This document shows, piece after piece, positions 35,221 to 47,321 of a stretch of 64,000 nt of DNA. The first letter of the stretch is position 1. Each line of letters begins with the position of its first letter. The stretch comes from Turneriella sp. Lineage in GTDB: Bacteria > Spirochaetota > Leptospiria > Turneriellales > Turneriellaceae. The notes under the pieces are model-generated. The model saw nothing but the letters and a program-made list of their open reading frames with translations. It was not told the origin of the DNA and ran no database searches. The DNA is taken from the NCBI GenBank assembly GCA_965279515.1, contig CBDIID010000003.1:2336001-2400000 (forward strand). The letters run 5' to 3'. Made by a program: the position numbers and the translations under genes.

Positions 35221-35235
35221 CGGAGAGCCTGCGTT

Positions 35236-35790
35236 TCATTTTTTGTTCTTCAAGACCATGACTCTAAAGACATCGTCATCAGGGGCATAGGTAATCCCAA
35301 GATTCTCCATTAACAGATCCATATCTTCTTCAGCATAATCTGCACTCATATCTACATTTTTTTCAGCGCGCTGCTTAATACCGGTGTCTTGTGTAATTCT
35401 GCCATTCAGACACTCAAATTTTCTCAGCTTCTTACCTCCGGCAAATGAGACCAGGTAGTGGCTGATTTCCTGACCCGCAGCGGTCTCATTGAGTTCGGCG
35501 CTGAATACCCAGACGTCAGTGCCGAATAATTTCTGCAGCTTTTTCGGCATGGACTCCTCAAGCCATTCGAATCCATCCAAACTCCAAAGCACCGTCCAAC
35601 CGTTTTCGACCCAGGTGCCGATTAAAGTCAAACCCTTGTCAAAGTACTCGTTCGCAAGCGCATAGATGAGATTGGCCATATCCTGGGAGTTGTCATAGGC
35701 GTATGCCTCGCGGGTAAGCGTCCGACCGGTTAATTCCGCCAGAGACTTCCACCGCTTATCTAAACGTGCTTTGATTGCAACAATTATCAT
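35236..35790 (-). CDS. Hypothetical protein
   Basis: 184-aa ORF filling the gap, acidic C-terminus; no family recognised. Confidence 0.7.
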   Translation of the reverse strand: MIIVAIKARLDKRWKSLAELTGRTLTREAYAYDNSQDMANLIYALANEYFDKGLTLIGTWVENGWTVLWSLDGFEWLEESMPKKLQKLFGTDVWVFSAELNETAAGQEISHYLVSFAGGKKLRKFECLNGRITQDTGIKQRAEKNVDMSADYAEEDMDLLMENLGITYAPDDDVFRVMVLKNKK

Positions 35791-35907
35791 AAATTAACCC
35801 TGCGGGGAAACCTGTAGATATACGTGAAGGTTTAGGGCGAAAACCAACGTTCTCGTTGCTTAAGTCCGTCAGGTAGGTGAAAAACCTATCCGGCGCGCCG
35901 GTTTGTA

Positions 35908-37200
<1,293 letters not shown>

Positions 37201-37317
37201 ACCGTCAATTTATGAAATATGGCGAGGATTTCAAGTTATTGTTCATAATACGTGCACCACGGTTTTCAGGGAAAAAATTCATTTACATGCCGGCACAAAC
37301 TTGAACGATCGTTCACT

Positions 37318-37917
37318 ATGAAAAAAATCAAAATCTCTCTTCTCTTCGCAGGGGCAATCCTCACCGGAATGGGCTCTGTTCTCCATGCAGCACCGAAAGC
37401 CGCTGCGGCGCCGGCTGCCACCACGGCCAGTATCCCCGATGTTCCGGTTGAACGCAACCAGGCCCCCGTGCTCGACGCGACCGCATTCGGTCTCGGTACC
37501 GGAACTTACGGCGGTTATGGCTTCTTAGGCGGCGCCCTGCAAATCGGTGTGACCAACTGGCTGCGTCTTTCAGGCGGCATCACGGGCTCACTGCTCGGCG
37601 ACCAGCCCTCGGGCTCGTTTTCATTTTCGAACTATTCGCTGCTCTGGCAATTTACCGGCGGCCTCGTATTCACCTCGACCAAGATCTATAAAGGCATCGC
37701 GCGCCCCTATACCGCGCTGAACCTGACATACTTCTACGACGCTAAGTTCAAGGCGGGCGGCATCAACGGTACCTTCGTTATTGGCGTCGATCTCTACATG
37801 ACGCAGGATTACAGCATCTATATCGAAGGCGGCGTGAACGCACCTTTCATCCGCGATGTACTGGCACCCCAGCTTGTCGGCGGCCTGTTCGGCATCGGCG
37901 CGCGTACCTTCTTCTGA
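37318..37917 (+). CDS. Putative small outer-membrane beta-barrel protein
   Basis: Signal peptide MKKIKISLL..LHA; alternating beta pattern; C-terminal GIGARTFF. Confidence 0.7.
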   Translation: MKKIKISLLFAGAILTGMGSVLHAAPKAAAAPAATTASIPDVPVERNQAPVLDATAFGLGTGTYGGYGFLGGALQIGVTNWLRLSGGITGSLLGDQPSGSFSFSNYSLLWQFTGGLVFTSTKIYKGIARPYTALNLTYFYDAKFKAGGINGTFVIGVDLYMTQDYSIYIEGGVNAPFIRDVLAPQLVGGLFGIGARTFF

Positions 37918-37966
37918 TTTAAAAAAGTCTCGCGACCGGCCGCGGCTTGTGGCGAGCAACTCTCTC

Positions 37967-38716
37967 ATGAAATTATTTGAAAAGGGCGATCTTGCCGCTC
38001 TCACAACCAATGCCAAAGTAGGATTGATCACGGTGCTGGTGGCTTTTCCGCCGTACATGATCGTCAACCACTTCTTCTACGACCGGCCGGCCGTTAACCT
38101 GTCTTTGCCGATCGACGCGTGGTTACCCTTTGACCATCGCTGGATTCTCATCTATGCCTGGGTCTATGTGTTTTTATTTCTTCCGGTATTCATCGTCAAA
38201 GACGCGACGAGTTTCCGTTTTGTGGCAAAGTCTTTTATCATCGTCAATTTTACTTCGGTGGCGATCTTTATTCTGATGCCGGCGAAGTATGCACGCCCCG
38301 AACTCACAACGCAAAATGAATTTCTCTGGTGGGGTACTGCGCTGAACTATTTTCTCGATAAGCCGGTGAACTGTTTTCCGAGCCTGCACGTCGGCAATGC
38401 CTTCATGGCATCGATGATCGCCTTCCATTACCGCCCGCGCGTCGGCATCGTGGCATGGTTGCTGGCGGCGCTGATCTCCGTTTCCACGCTTTATATGAAG
38501 CAGCACTTCTTTGTCGATATTGTGATGGGTTTTGCCGTTGCGTTTATCGTCTACCGCTTCTATTTCCGCCGCCGCGCCTTTGCCCCCGGCGCCGCAGCGC
38601 CCCTGCCTGAGTGGATGAGCGCCGGTGTTGTGCTGGTCTACCTGGGGTTTATTGGCTCGATGTACTTGCTCTTCTCATTTGGTGTGAAGCTCCCGCTCGA
38701 AAAAATTATCCGCTAA
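37967..38716 (+). CDS. PAP2-superfamily membrane protein (IPC-synthase/Aur1-like subgroup)
   Basis: MPAKYARP, NCFPSLHVG and STLYMKQHFFVD; about 6-7 TM segments. Confidence 0.82.
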   Translation: MKLFEKGDLAALTTNAKVGLITVLVAFPPYMIVNHFFYDRPAVNLSLPIDAWLPFDHRWILIYAWVYVFLFLPVFIVKDATSFRFVAKSFIIVNFTSVAIFILMPAKYARPELTTQNEFLWWGTALNYFLDKPVNCFPSLHVGNAFMASMIAFHYRPRVGIVAWLLAALISVSTLYMKQHFFVDIVMGFAVAFIVYRFYFRRRAFAPGAAAPLPEWMSAGVVLVYLGFIGSMYLLFSFGVKLPLEKIIR

Positions 38717-38822
38717 TAACTGCTGTACAGTACCACCCTCCGGGAGACTTGGCGGCCAATCATCCCAAAGGGTGATGGTATTTTTGACGTAAACCTCGAA
38801 CAAAAAGGGGGCGGCAGATCCG

Positions 38823-41795
38823 ATGAAGATGAATCCAACCAGCGCCCATGAAGAACCGGGTTTTACCTCCGTAAATTTTCCCATTGTCGGCATCGGCGCT
38901 TCCGCAGGGGGCCTTGCAACCTTTGAAGCTTTTTTCGCCGGCATGCCGGAAAAAAAAACCGGGATGGCCTTCGTGCTTGTGCAGCATCTCGCGCCCGACC
39001 ACAAGAGTCTCTTAACCGAACTGGTACGCCGCTACACGAAAATGCAGGTTTTCGAAGTCGAAGACGGCATGCGGGTCGAGCCGGATTGTGCGTATATTAT
39101 ACCTCCCGGGCGCGATATGGAGTTTGCCGGCGGCAGATTACAGCTGCTCGAACCCGCAGCCCCGCGCGGACAGCGCAGGCCGATCGATTTTTTCTTCCGC
39201 TCACTCGCGCGTGAGCAGCGCGAAAGGGGCATTGGCATCATTCTGTCGGGCAGCGGCAGCGACGGCACACTCGGTGTGCGCGCGATCAAGGCCGAAGGCG
39301 GCATGGTCATGGTGCAAAACCCGGCATCGGCCGAATACGACAGCATGCCGCGCACGGCCATTGCCACAGGCCTCGTCGATTACGAGTTGCCACCCGCTGA
39401 AATGCCGGCACAACTTGTTGCCTACGCGGCACGCGCCTTCGGAACGCCCGTGCTTAACGGCGCACCTTTAAAATCCAGCGAAGATCTCGCGCTGCATAAG
39501 CTCTATGGTTTAATACGGCGCCATACCGGCCATGACTTTGTTCAGTACAAACCCGGCACAATACAGCGCCGGGTAGAGCGGCGCATGGCAGTGAACCAGA
39601 TGGATACACTCGAAGCGTACGCTGGTTTTGCGGAAAATGCCCCGGGTGAAGTCGAAGCGCTTTTCCGGGATCTGCTCATCGGTGTGACACATTTTTTCCG
39701 CGACATAGAAGCATTCTCTGCCCTGGAGACCCAGGTTATACCGAAGCTGTTTTCCGGCAAGTTACCCGGCGGGCTGATCCGGGTGTGGGTACCCGGATGC
39801 TCGAGCGGCGAAGAAGCTTATTCCATAGCTATCCTGCTCTATGAATACGCAGAAACACTGAAGCAGGGATACCGGATTCAGATCTTTGCGACAGACATCG
39901 ACAGCCAGGCGATTGCCGTGGCCCGCGCGGGCATTTATTCGGGGAGTATCGCCACGGACATTTCACCCGAACGGCTGAGGCGTTTTTTTATCGCTGACCC
40001 CCTCGAGGGTGCATTTCGTATCAACAAGAGCATCCGCGATCTCGTGATATTCTCTGAACAGGATATGGTCCGCGATCCGCCCTTTTCAAAACTCGATCTC
40101 GTCAGTTGCCGTAATCTGCTCATTTATATGGGACCAGAGTTGCAGAAAAAAATCATCCCGCTTTTCCACTACGCGCTGAATACGAACGCTTTTTTACTTC
40201 TGGGCACGTCAGAAGGTGTCGGTGATTTCAACGAGCTGTTTACGGCGCTGGACCGCAAAGCGAAAATATACCAAAGTAAATCATCACATCATGTTCCGCT
40301 GCACGCCGCGCTCAGCAGAATACTGCGCCCGGCCGCAATAGGCGAAATACCGCAGCAATCAGGCATAGCTGTGCCGTTCCCCCCGAAGCTGCCGCTGCGC
40401 GAAGTGACTGAAAAGGCGCTGCTACAGCATCTGAATCCCATAGCCGCGCTCGTCAATGCGCAGGGTGATATCTTCTACCTGCACGGGCGCACCGGTCTCT
40501 ATCTCGAACCCGCACCGGGAGAGATTTCGGTCAACAATGTGCTCAAAATGGCGCGCGAAGGCCTGCGGCGCGATTTAACCACGGCAATGCACCAAGCCGC
40601 CGCAACAAAAGAGATTGTCCGGCACGCGGCAGTGCGCGTAAAAACGAACGGTGACTACACACTCATCAATTTGACCATAAAACCTGTGGTCGCATCCACT
40701 TCAGAAGCGGCGCTTTATGTCATCATCTTTGAAAAGGTTGCGGCGCCTGAAGGCGAAAGCGCTGAAGCGCGTAGCCTACACCCTCCCGCGAAGGAGAATG
40801 CCGCTGAAACAGATTCCGATGCTTATATTGCCAGCCTGAAAAAGGAACTCAGCGCAAAAGAAGAATACCTGAAGAGTGCGAACGAAGAACTCGAAACCTC
40901 CAATGAAGAACTCAAGTCGTCCAACGAAGAGATGCAGTCCATCAATGAAGAATTGCAATCTGCCAATGAAGAACTGGAGACTTCAAAAGAAGAACTGCAA
41001 TCGGTGAATGAAGAGCTGGCCACCGTCAACGCCGAATTACAGACTAAGGTGGTCGACCTGTCCCGCGCCAACAATGACCTGAACAACCTGCTCGCCGGCA
41101 CGGGTATCGGTACGGTTTTTGTTGATCACAAGCTGAATATCGTGCGTTTTACGCCTGCCGCCACACAAATCATCAATTTAATCCAGAGCGATGTCGGCCG
41201 CCCGGTCAGCCATATCGTCTCAAACCTCGCGGACTATCAGACATTGGTGCCCGATACGCAGCAGGTCCTGGATACCCTGATGCCCAGGGAACTCGAGGTA
41301 CAAACAAAAACCGGCACCTGGTACGCGCTGCGCATTATGCCCTACCGGACACTGGAAAATGTGATCGAGGGCGCGGTGATAACCTTTGTCAATATCACGG
41401 AAACGAAGAAAACCCAGGAGACTTTGCGCCTGAGTGAGGAACGTATCCGCGTCGCGCTGCGGGCCTCACCGATAACGATCTTTAATCAGGATCGCGAACT
41501 CCGGTACACATGGATACATAATGCAAACCCGAAATTCTCCCCCGAACAGGTACTGGGAAAAACGGATCTCGAGATTCACCCTGGTGCAACAGGCGAAAGC
41601 CTGACTGCTTTCAAACAGCAAGTTCTGCGCAACGGTATCGGCAGCCGCCACACAATAAAGACCGAAAAAAACCTTGTCTATGATCTCACCATAGAACCTC
41701 TGCGCGACCACGAAGGCATCATCGTCGGCATAACCTGCGCCTCTGTCGATTTTAACAAGACTGCCGATCAAGAAAGGGAAAATCATGGAAACTAA
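38823..41795 (+). CDS. CheB/CheR fusion with coiled coil and PAS domains
   Basis: GIGASAGG, QHL, SGSDG (CheB); IGVTHFFRD, GCSSGEEAYS, SCRNLLIY (CheR); NEEL heptads; PAS domains. Confidence 0.95.
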   Translation: MKMNPTSAHEEPGFTSVNFPIVGIGASAGGLATFEAFFAGMPEKKTGMAFVLVQHLAPDHKSLLTELVRRYTKMQVFEVEDGMRVEPDCAYIIPPGRDMEFAGGRLQLLEPAAPRGQRRPIDFFFRSLAREQRERGIGIILSGSGSDGTLGVRAIKAEGGMVMVQNPASAEYDSMPRTAIATGLVDYELPPAEMPAQLVAYAARAFGTPVLNGAPLKSSEDLALHKLYGLIRRHTGHDFVQYKPGTIQRRVERRMAVNQMDTLEAYAGFAENAPGEVEALFRDLLIGVTHFFRDIEAFSALETQVIPKLFSGKLPGGLIRVWVPGCSSGEEAYSIAILLYEYAETLKQGYRIQIFATDIDSQAIAVARAGIYSGSIATDISPERLRRFFIADPLEGAFRINKSIRDLVIFSEQDMVRDPPFSKLDLVSCRNLLIYMGPELQKKIIPLFHYALNTNAFLLLGTSEGVGDFNELFTALDRKAKIYQSKSSHHVPLHAALSRILRPAAIGEIPQQSGIAVPFPPKLPLREVTEKALLQHLNPIAALVNAQGDIFYLHGRTGLYLEPAPGEISVNNVLKMAREGLRRDLTTAMHQAAATKEIVRHAAVRVKTNGDYTLINLTIKPVVASTSEAALYVIIFEKVAAPEGESAEARSLHPPAKENAAETDSDAYIASLKKELSAKEEYLKSANEELETSNEELKSSNEEMQSINEELQSANEELETSKEELQSVNEELATVNAELQTKVVDLSRANNDLNNLLAGTGIGTVFVDHKLNIVRFTPAATQIINLIQSDVGRPVSHIVSNLADYQTLVPDTQQVLDTLMPRELEVQTKTGTWYALRIMPYRTLENVIEGAVITFVNITETKKTQETLRLSEERIRVALRASPITIFNQDRELRYTWIHNANPKFSPEQVLGKTDLEIHPGATGESLTAFKQQVLRNGIGSRHTIKTEKNLVYDLTIEPLRDHEGIIVGITCASVDFNKTADQERENHGN

Positions 41796-43104
41796 ACAAT
41801 CTCAAAAGGATTTTCTCACAGCCCTGCGCCTGCGCGCAGAAGAGATCGCCTTCAAGAACAAGGAAACGATCGAAAATGAATATTCGGTTCTGCCGCGCGA
41901 ACAGGTAATTCCCCTGATTCATGAATTGCATGTACATCAGCTCGAACTGCAAATGCAGAACGATGAGCTCAGAAAAACCCAGGAAGAACTTGAACTTTCA
42001 CGTGCGAAATACTTTGATCTCTATGACCGCGCCCCCGTGGCGTATTGCACTCTCGATAAAAACGGACGGTTTCTCGAGGCCAATCTCGCGGCATCCGAAC
42101 TGCTCGACCTGCCGCCCACAGCATTGATCCAGCAGCCTTTTGAGCGCTTTGTGATGCGTGAGTTCCAGGATACCTGGTATTTACTCCGCAAGAGACTGCA
42201 GGCGGCAGAAACGGCAAGAATGGCCGGTGTGGAGAGGCATGAAATTGTTGAGTTGCAGATGGTTGGGCAAACCGGCAAAAACGTCTGGGTGCGCCTGAAT
42301 GCGAAGGTTTCGGCGGAAACAGACACGCGGATCTTAATCCGCATCATCCTGTACGATATCTCCATGGTTAAACAAGCCGAGACCGAGAATGCGCTGTCTG
42401 AGAAACTGAACCATGAAAATCAGAAGCTTGAAGCGCTGGGCGCCCTGGCGGCGGGGGTCGCGCACGATTTTAACAATCTGCTGATGGGCCTCTACGGGAA
42501 CATCGAACTCGCCCAGACAGGTTTGAGCAACGGCACTGCGGCCGAATATCTCAGTGACGCAATGATATCGCTCGAAACCGCGCGTGACCTGACGCGGCAA
42601 CTGCTGACATTTGCGAAGGGCGGTGGTCCCAACCTGAAACCCGATCGCCTTTTTCCTTTTATTCGCGAGAGTGCGGAGCACCTGCTAAAAAATTCCAAGG
42701 TTATTTGCGACTTTGATTTTCCCGACGACAATTCGCTGATTTATTTCGATGCGACCCAGATACGCCAGGTACTGCAGCATCTGATTCAGAACGCCGTCGA
42801 GGCAATGCCCCGGGGCGGCAATCTCAGGCTTGTGGCAAAAACCATCTCATTAGCTGAGCATGAAAGGGCAAATCTACCTGCGGGAAAATATGCCCTGTTT
42901 TCCCTCAGCGATTCAGGCCCCGGGGTCGCATCCCCCTTACTGCAACGGATCTTTGAGCCTTTTTTTACTCTCAAAGACCAGCACCACGGCCTCGGACTGA
43001 CCATCTGCCACTCGATATTGAAACGGCATGGCGGGGCCATTGAAGCCGAATCCTCTGCCGGTAAAGGAACGACATTTCATTTTTTGCTGTCAGTCAATCG
43101 GTAA
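41785..43104 (+). CDS. PAS sensor histidine kinase
   Basis: LHVHQLELQMQNDEL, GVAHDFNNLL, QNAVEA, DSGPG, FEPFFT and GLGL. Confidence 0.94.
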   Translation: METKQSQKDFLTALRLRAEEIAFKNKETIENEYSVLPREQVIPLIHELHVHQLELQMQNDELRKTQEELELSRAKYFDLYDRAPVAYCTLDKNGRFLEANLAASELLDLPPTALIQQPFERFVMREFQDTWYLLRKRLQAAETARMAGVERHEIVELQMVGQTGKNVWVRLNAKVSAETDTRILIRIILYDISMVKQAETENALSEKLNHENQKLEALGALAAGVAHDFNNLLMGLYGNIELAQTGLSNGTAAEYLSDAMISLETARDLTRQLLTFAKGGGPNLKPDRLFPFIRESAEHLLKNSKVICDFDFPDDNSLIYFDATQIRQVLQHLIQNAVEAMPRGGNLRLVAKTISLAEHERANLPAGKYALFSLSDSGPGVASPLLQRIFEPFFTLKDQHHGLGLTICHSILKRHGGAIEAESSAGKGTTFHFLLSVNR

Positions 43105-43123
43105 CCGAACCGGGGTTGGGGAA

Positions 43124-46100
43124 TTAAACCGTTTGCGCAGAAGTCGGCGCAGCTTCCATGACGCCACCGACTTTGAAAAGCGCGTATTTTTCCGCACCTA
43201 AAAGCTGCCCGACATCTTTCAGCAGCAACTTATCGTAACGCACACAGAAGCTCGAATGCGCCTTGATCGACTGCAGGGGCCCGTTTTCAACTTCGCGCCA
43301 GTAAAGAAATACCGGGTTATTGCCTGAATATTTCCGCAGCGTGGTTTTCACGCGGCCGATCATGTTCTGCAGATCTTCGGCAGTTTTGACATTGAGGTAG
43401 AGGTGTAGCGATTTTTCTACCCGATCAGAAAACTTCTCTTCCGGAACGATGCCCCCGAGAGCATAATTCATCGTCGTCACTTCTTCTTCGCGGAAAGCCT
43501 GCACGCGGATATCGAAAATCGCGCAGGTATTTTCCTTAATTTGCGCCTTCACCTGCTCGAACATGTTCTGGAAAATACGCACTTCGATCTGGCCCGTCCT
43601 GTCGGCAATTTTCAGCAGGTAGAACGCCCCCCGCCGCGAAGTCACCGTGCGCAGCGTGTCGATCACCGCCAGTACCGAGAGCCGACGTTCTTTCGAGACA
43701 CCGTCGTCGAGATCGGCGATCTTGACGAGTTTCATATGTTCGGCCATCTCATCGAAGCGGTCGAGCGGGTGGGATGTCAGGTAGAGCCCCAGCGTCTGTT
43801 TCTCTTTGAGTAATTTTTCCTCTTCGGAAAATTCTTTTGCCGTGGGTATCTGCAGCCGCGCGGTTTCGATGTCGGTGCCGCCGAACAGCGATGTCTGGCC
43901 CGAAGAGCGGTCGAGGTGCGCGGCCGCCGAAAATTTTAAGATCTCATCTGCGGCCTGCACGATCGCCGCGCGCGGGTATCCCAGAGAATCGGTGGCGCCG
44001 GCAAAGGTCAGCGCGTCGAGCATGCGGCGGTTGAGCGTCTTGGTATCGAGCGATTCGGCGAAGTCCGCGAGGGTGTTAAAACGGCCGCCTAACTGTGCGC
44101 GTGCCTCGACGATCGCTTTCGCCGGCGCTTCGCCCAGGCCCTTGATAGCGAGCAGACCAAAGCGCAGGCGATTATCGTCGAGGATAGTAAAGTAGACATC
44201 CGACTCGTTGACATCGGGCGGCAAGACGCTGATGCCGAGTTCTTTCGCATGGTTAATGTAGCCGATGATCTTGTCGGTGTCGCCGATATCGGCGTCCATC
44301 GACGCCTTGAGAAATTCAATGGTATAGTTGACCTTGAGGTAGGCAGTCTGGTAGGTGATGAGGCCGTACGCGGCGGAGTGCGATTTGTTAAAGCCGTATT
44401 TTGCGAATTCGGCCATGTTATCGAACAGGTCGTTGGCCCATTTATCGGAAAACTTTTTCTCTTTCGCCCCATCGACGAACTTGGCCTTCATCTTCGCCAT
44501 CTCTTCGGCGTTCTTTTTACCCATCGCCTTCCGAAGCGTATCCGCTTCAGATAGCGTGAAGCCGCCGATAATCTGCGACGCGAGCATGATCTGCTCTTGG
44601 TAGACGAAGGTACCATAGGTATCTTTCAGAATCGGCTCGAGGGAGATGTGCGGGTATTCAACCTTCATCTCGCCGTTCTTGCGCTTCACATAACTTTCGG
44701 TCATACCCGATTCAAGCGGACCAGGGCGGTAGAGCGCGATGATAGCAACAATGTCTTCGAACGCACGCGGTTTCGCCTGCATCAGCAGTTTTGTGATGCC
44801 GGTAGATTCGACCTGAAATACGCCCCGCGTTTTGCCCTGCGATAACAGCTGGTAGGTCTTCAAATCGTCGAGCGGCAGGCGCGAGATATCGAGTTCAGTG
44901 CCATGCCGGCGTTTGATCTCTTCGACGCAGTGCTGAATGACCGTGAGGTTCTTGAGACCCAGAAAGTCCATCTTGACGAGGCCGACCTTCGGCAACAGCG
45001 TCATATCATACTGCGTCACGATTGAATCGGTCTTCGAATCTTTCGCCAGAGGTACAATTTCATCGAGCGGCTGCGGCGCAATCACGACACCGGCGGCATG
45101 TTTACCCGAGTTACGCGGCATGCCTTCAAGCGTCTGCGCGATGGCATAGAGCTGGCGCTCTTTGTCGCCCTGCTCAAAATATTTTTTGATCTCGGGCGTC
45201 GCGGCTACGGCGTCGGCAAGCGAAATACCCGGCGTGTCGGGTAGGTTTTTCGAGAGCTGGTTGATAATCTGGTAGTCGACGCCCAGCACGCGCGCCACAT
45301 CTTTGATAACGGCTTTCGCCGAAAGCGTACCGAATGTGATGATCTGCGAAACGTGGTCGGCGCCATACTTGTCGACGACATAACGAATCACTTCTTCACG
45401 GCGGTCGCGGCAGAAGTCGACGTCGATATCGGGCATCTCTTTGCGCGAGGGGTTAAGAAAACGCTCAAAGAGCAGGTCGTATTTGAGGGGATCTAAATCG
45501 GTGATACCGAGCGAATACGCCACCAGCGAACCCACCGCTGAACCCCGGCCCGGGCCGACGGGAATATTCTGCCGCTTCGCATAGTTGATGAAATCGGCGA
45601 CGATGAGAAAGTAGCCCTCGAAGCCCATATTCTTGATGACATCGAGCTCATACTGCAGGCGCTCGCGGTGCTTGGCCGACACATTGCCGTCAAAGCGCCG
45701 CGACAGGCCTGCAACGGTTTCGGCGACCAGGTAGTCGCCCAGCGACATGCCCGGGGGAACTTTGAAATCCGGCAACAATGGCGCGCCGAACTCAAAATCG
45801 AAATTGCACATATCGGCAATCTCGATTGTATTGTAAAATGCCTGCGGCAGTTCGGGGAAAAGCCCGAACATTTCCTGCGGTGATTTGACGTAAAACTCGT
45901 CGTTAAAACCAAACTCGAGCGGGTCGGTGATCTTCTTGTTCATCTGGATGCGTAGCATCGCATCCTGGGCTTTCTGGTCTTTGCGCGTAAGGAAGTGCGA
46001 GTCGTTGGTCAAGACGAGCGGAATATTCAGCGCCTTCGAGATATCCGCCGCGCCGCGCGCAACTTCTATCTGTTCCGGAATGCCGTGGTTCTGCACTTCG

Positions 46101-46657
46101 AGGAAAAAATTTCCCTGGCCGAACATTTCATTCAGGCGCCCCGAAAGCTCTTTCGCCTTGACCATGTCTTGCCGGTAAATGAGGCGATTGACTTCGCCGG
46201 CGAGGCATGCCGTGAGCCCCACCAAACCCTCCGCATGCTGCGACAGCAGTTCATAGTCGATGCGCGGTTTGTAGTAGAGGCCTTCGGTATACGCCTTCGA
46301 CGCGAGCTTGATCAGGTTCTTATAACCGACCTTATTCTTCGCAAGCAGAATGAGGTGGTAGGCACGGCCATCGACCAAATCTTCCTGGTTACGTTTTTCA
46401 AAACGGCTGCCGGGGGCGACATAGGCCTCGTAGCCGATGATGGGCTTCACGCCCTCTTTTTTCGCAGCCTCGTAGAACTCGATCGCGCCGAACATGTTGC
46501 CATGGTCGGTGACCGCCACGGACTTCATGCCGAGCTCTTTGACTTTTTTAACGAGGTCGGTGGGTCGAATCGCACCGTCCAAAAGCGAGTACGTCGAATG
46601 CAAATGCAGGTGCGCAAAATCATGCGCGGCGGGGGATGTATTTACAGTTTCGGCCAT
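43124..46657 (-). CDS. dnaE: DNA polymerase III alpha subunit
   Basis: HLHLHSTYSLLDG PHP domain, GPGRGSAVGS, MPDIDVDF and YGFNKSHS. Confidence 0.98.
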   Translation of the reverse strand: MAETVNTSPAAHDFAHLHLHSTYSLLDGAIRPTDLVKKVKELGMKSVAVTDHGNMFGAIEFYEAAKKEGVKPIIGYEAYVAPGSRFEKRNQEDLVDGRAYHLILLAKNKVGYKNLIKLASKAYTEGLYYKPRIDYELLSQHAEGLVGLTACLAGEVNRLIYRQDMVKAKELSGRLNEMFGQGNFFLEVQNHGIPEQIEVARGAADISKALNIPLVLTNDSHFLTRKDQKAQDAMLRIQMNKKITDPLEFGFNDEFYVKSPQEMFGLFPELPQAFYNTIEIADMCNFDFEFGAPLLPDFKVPPGMSLGDYLVAETVAGLSRRFDGNVSAKHRERLQYELDVIKNMGFEGYFLIVADFINYAKRQNIPVGPGRGSAVGSLVAYSLGITDLDPLKYDLLFERFLNPSRKEMPDIDVDFCRDRREEVIRYVVDKYGADHVSQIITFGTLSAKAVIKDVARVLGVDYQIINQLSKNLPDTPGISLADAVAATPEIKKYFEQGDKERQLYAIAQTLEGMPRNSGKHAAGVVIAPQPLDEIVPLAKDSKTDSIVTQYDMTLLPKVGLVKMDFLGLKNLTVIQHCVEEIKRRHGTELDISRLPLDDLKTYQLLSQGKTRGVFQVESTGITKLLMQAKPRAFEDIVAIIALYRPGPLESGMTESYVKRKNGEMKVEYPHISLEPILKDTYGTFVYQEQIMLASQIIGGFTLSEADTLRKAMGKKNAEEMAKMKAKFVDGAKEKKFSDKWANDLFDNMAEFAKYGFNKSHSAAYGLITYQTAYLKVNYTIEFLKASMDADIGDTDKIIGYINHAKELGISVLPPDVNESDVYFTILDDNRLRFGLLAIKGLGEAPAKAIVEARAQLGGRFNTLADFAESLDTKTLNRRMLDALTFAGATDSLGYPRAAIVQAADEILKFSAAAHLDRSSGQTSLFGGTDIETARLQIPTAKEFSEEEKLLKEKQTLGLYLTSHPLDRFDEMAEHMKLVKIADLDDGVSKERRLSVLAVIDTLRTVTSRRGAFYLLKIADRTGQIEVRIFQNMFEQVKAQIKENTCAIFDIRVQAFREEEVTTMNYALGGIVPEEKFSDRVEKSLHLYLNVKTAEDLQNMIGRVKTTLRKYSGNNPVFLYWREVENGPLQSIKAHSSFCVRYDKLLLKDVGQLLGAEKYALFKVGGVMEAAPTSAQTV

Positions 46658-46868
46658 CTAGAAGTGCGGGTAAAGCCACGGGGTCTCAGAGAAACACCGG
46701 AAGCTGTACGCAAGTTCCCTGATGCGACATAACGTCAGTTAAAAAACGGAAAGGGTGCAGGAAAAGGCAGCGGGGTCGTTAATTATGGGGATTTTAAAGG
46801 AGATTTGATGAGATCGGCCACAGCTACCTAGACTCCAGCCATACCCCATTTCTGATGGAGGCCTTTTA

Positions 46869-47321
46869 TTAGGCGCCATAAACACTGTGGAAAGGATTTA
46901 TCGCCATAAGCTTCCCGTATTTTTGCCCGTGATTTAAGTCTTCCGTCAGTAGATAAGAACAACGGGATTGTTGGGCAGCAGCCAGGACTAAAGAATCCCA
47001 AAAGGACAAGACAAAGCGTTTCTGTATTTGGAAAGCTTCGTCTATGAGCTCTGTACCTACCGGAACAACATTCCAAACATAATAGTCTTTTACAATTTTC
47101 TGCGCCTCATCAATCTCCACTTTATTTCGAACAAGAGTTACATAAAATTCCTGTAGCACTTGCGTGCTAACGGCCGGCAGCGCCGGCTTTCGCCACAGGA
47201 ATTCTAACAAGACACCTGCCCGCGCATACTTCACCGGATTAGCAATATTAACACCATAGAACAAGATATTCGTATCGATAAAGACCTCTCCATTTATTAT
47301 CTCTCGTAAACGGTCATTCAT
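46869..47321 (-). CDS. vapC: PIN-domain VapC toxin
   Basis: FIDTNIL, STQVLQEF, SFWDSL and LTEDLNHG. Confidence 0.9.
   Translation of the reverse strand: MNDRLREIINGEVFIDTNILFYGVNIANPVKYARAGVLLEFLWRKPALPAVSTQVLQEFYVTLVRNKVEIDEAQKIVKDYYVWNVVPVGTELIDEAFQIQKRFVLSFWDSLVLAAAQQSRCSYLLTEDLNHGQKYGKLMAINPFHSVYGA

Noticed and set aside
40880..41040. 21-bp periodic repeats (aatgaagaa...) as a possible CRISPR or VNTR
   Set aside because: They encode the NEEL heptad coiled coil of CheB/CheR; there are no spacers or cas genes.
43124..46657. Intein or split in dnaE
   Set aside because: Normal length and continuous motifs.
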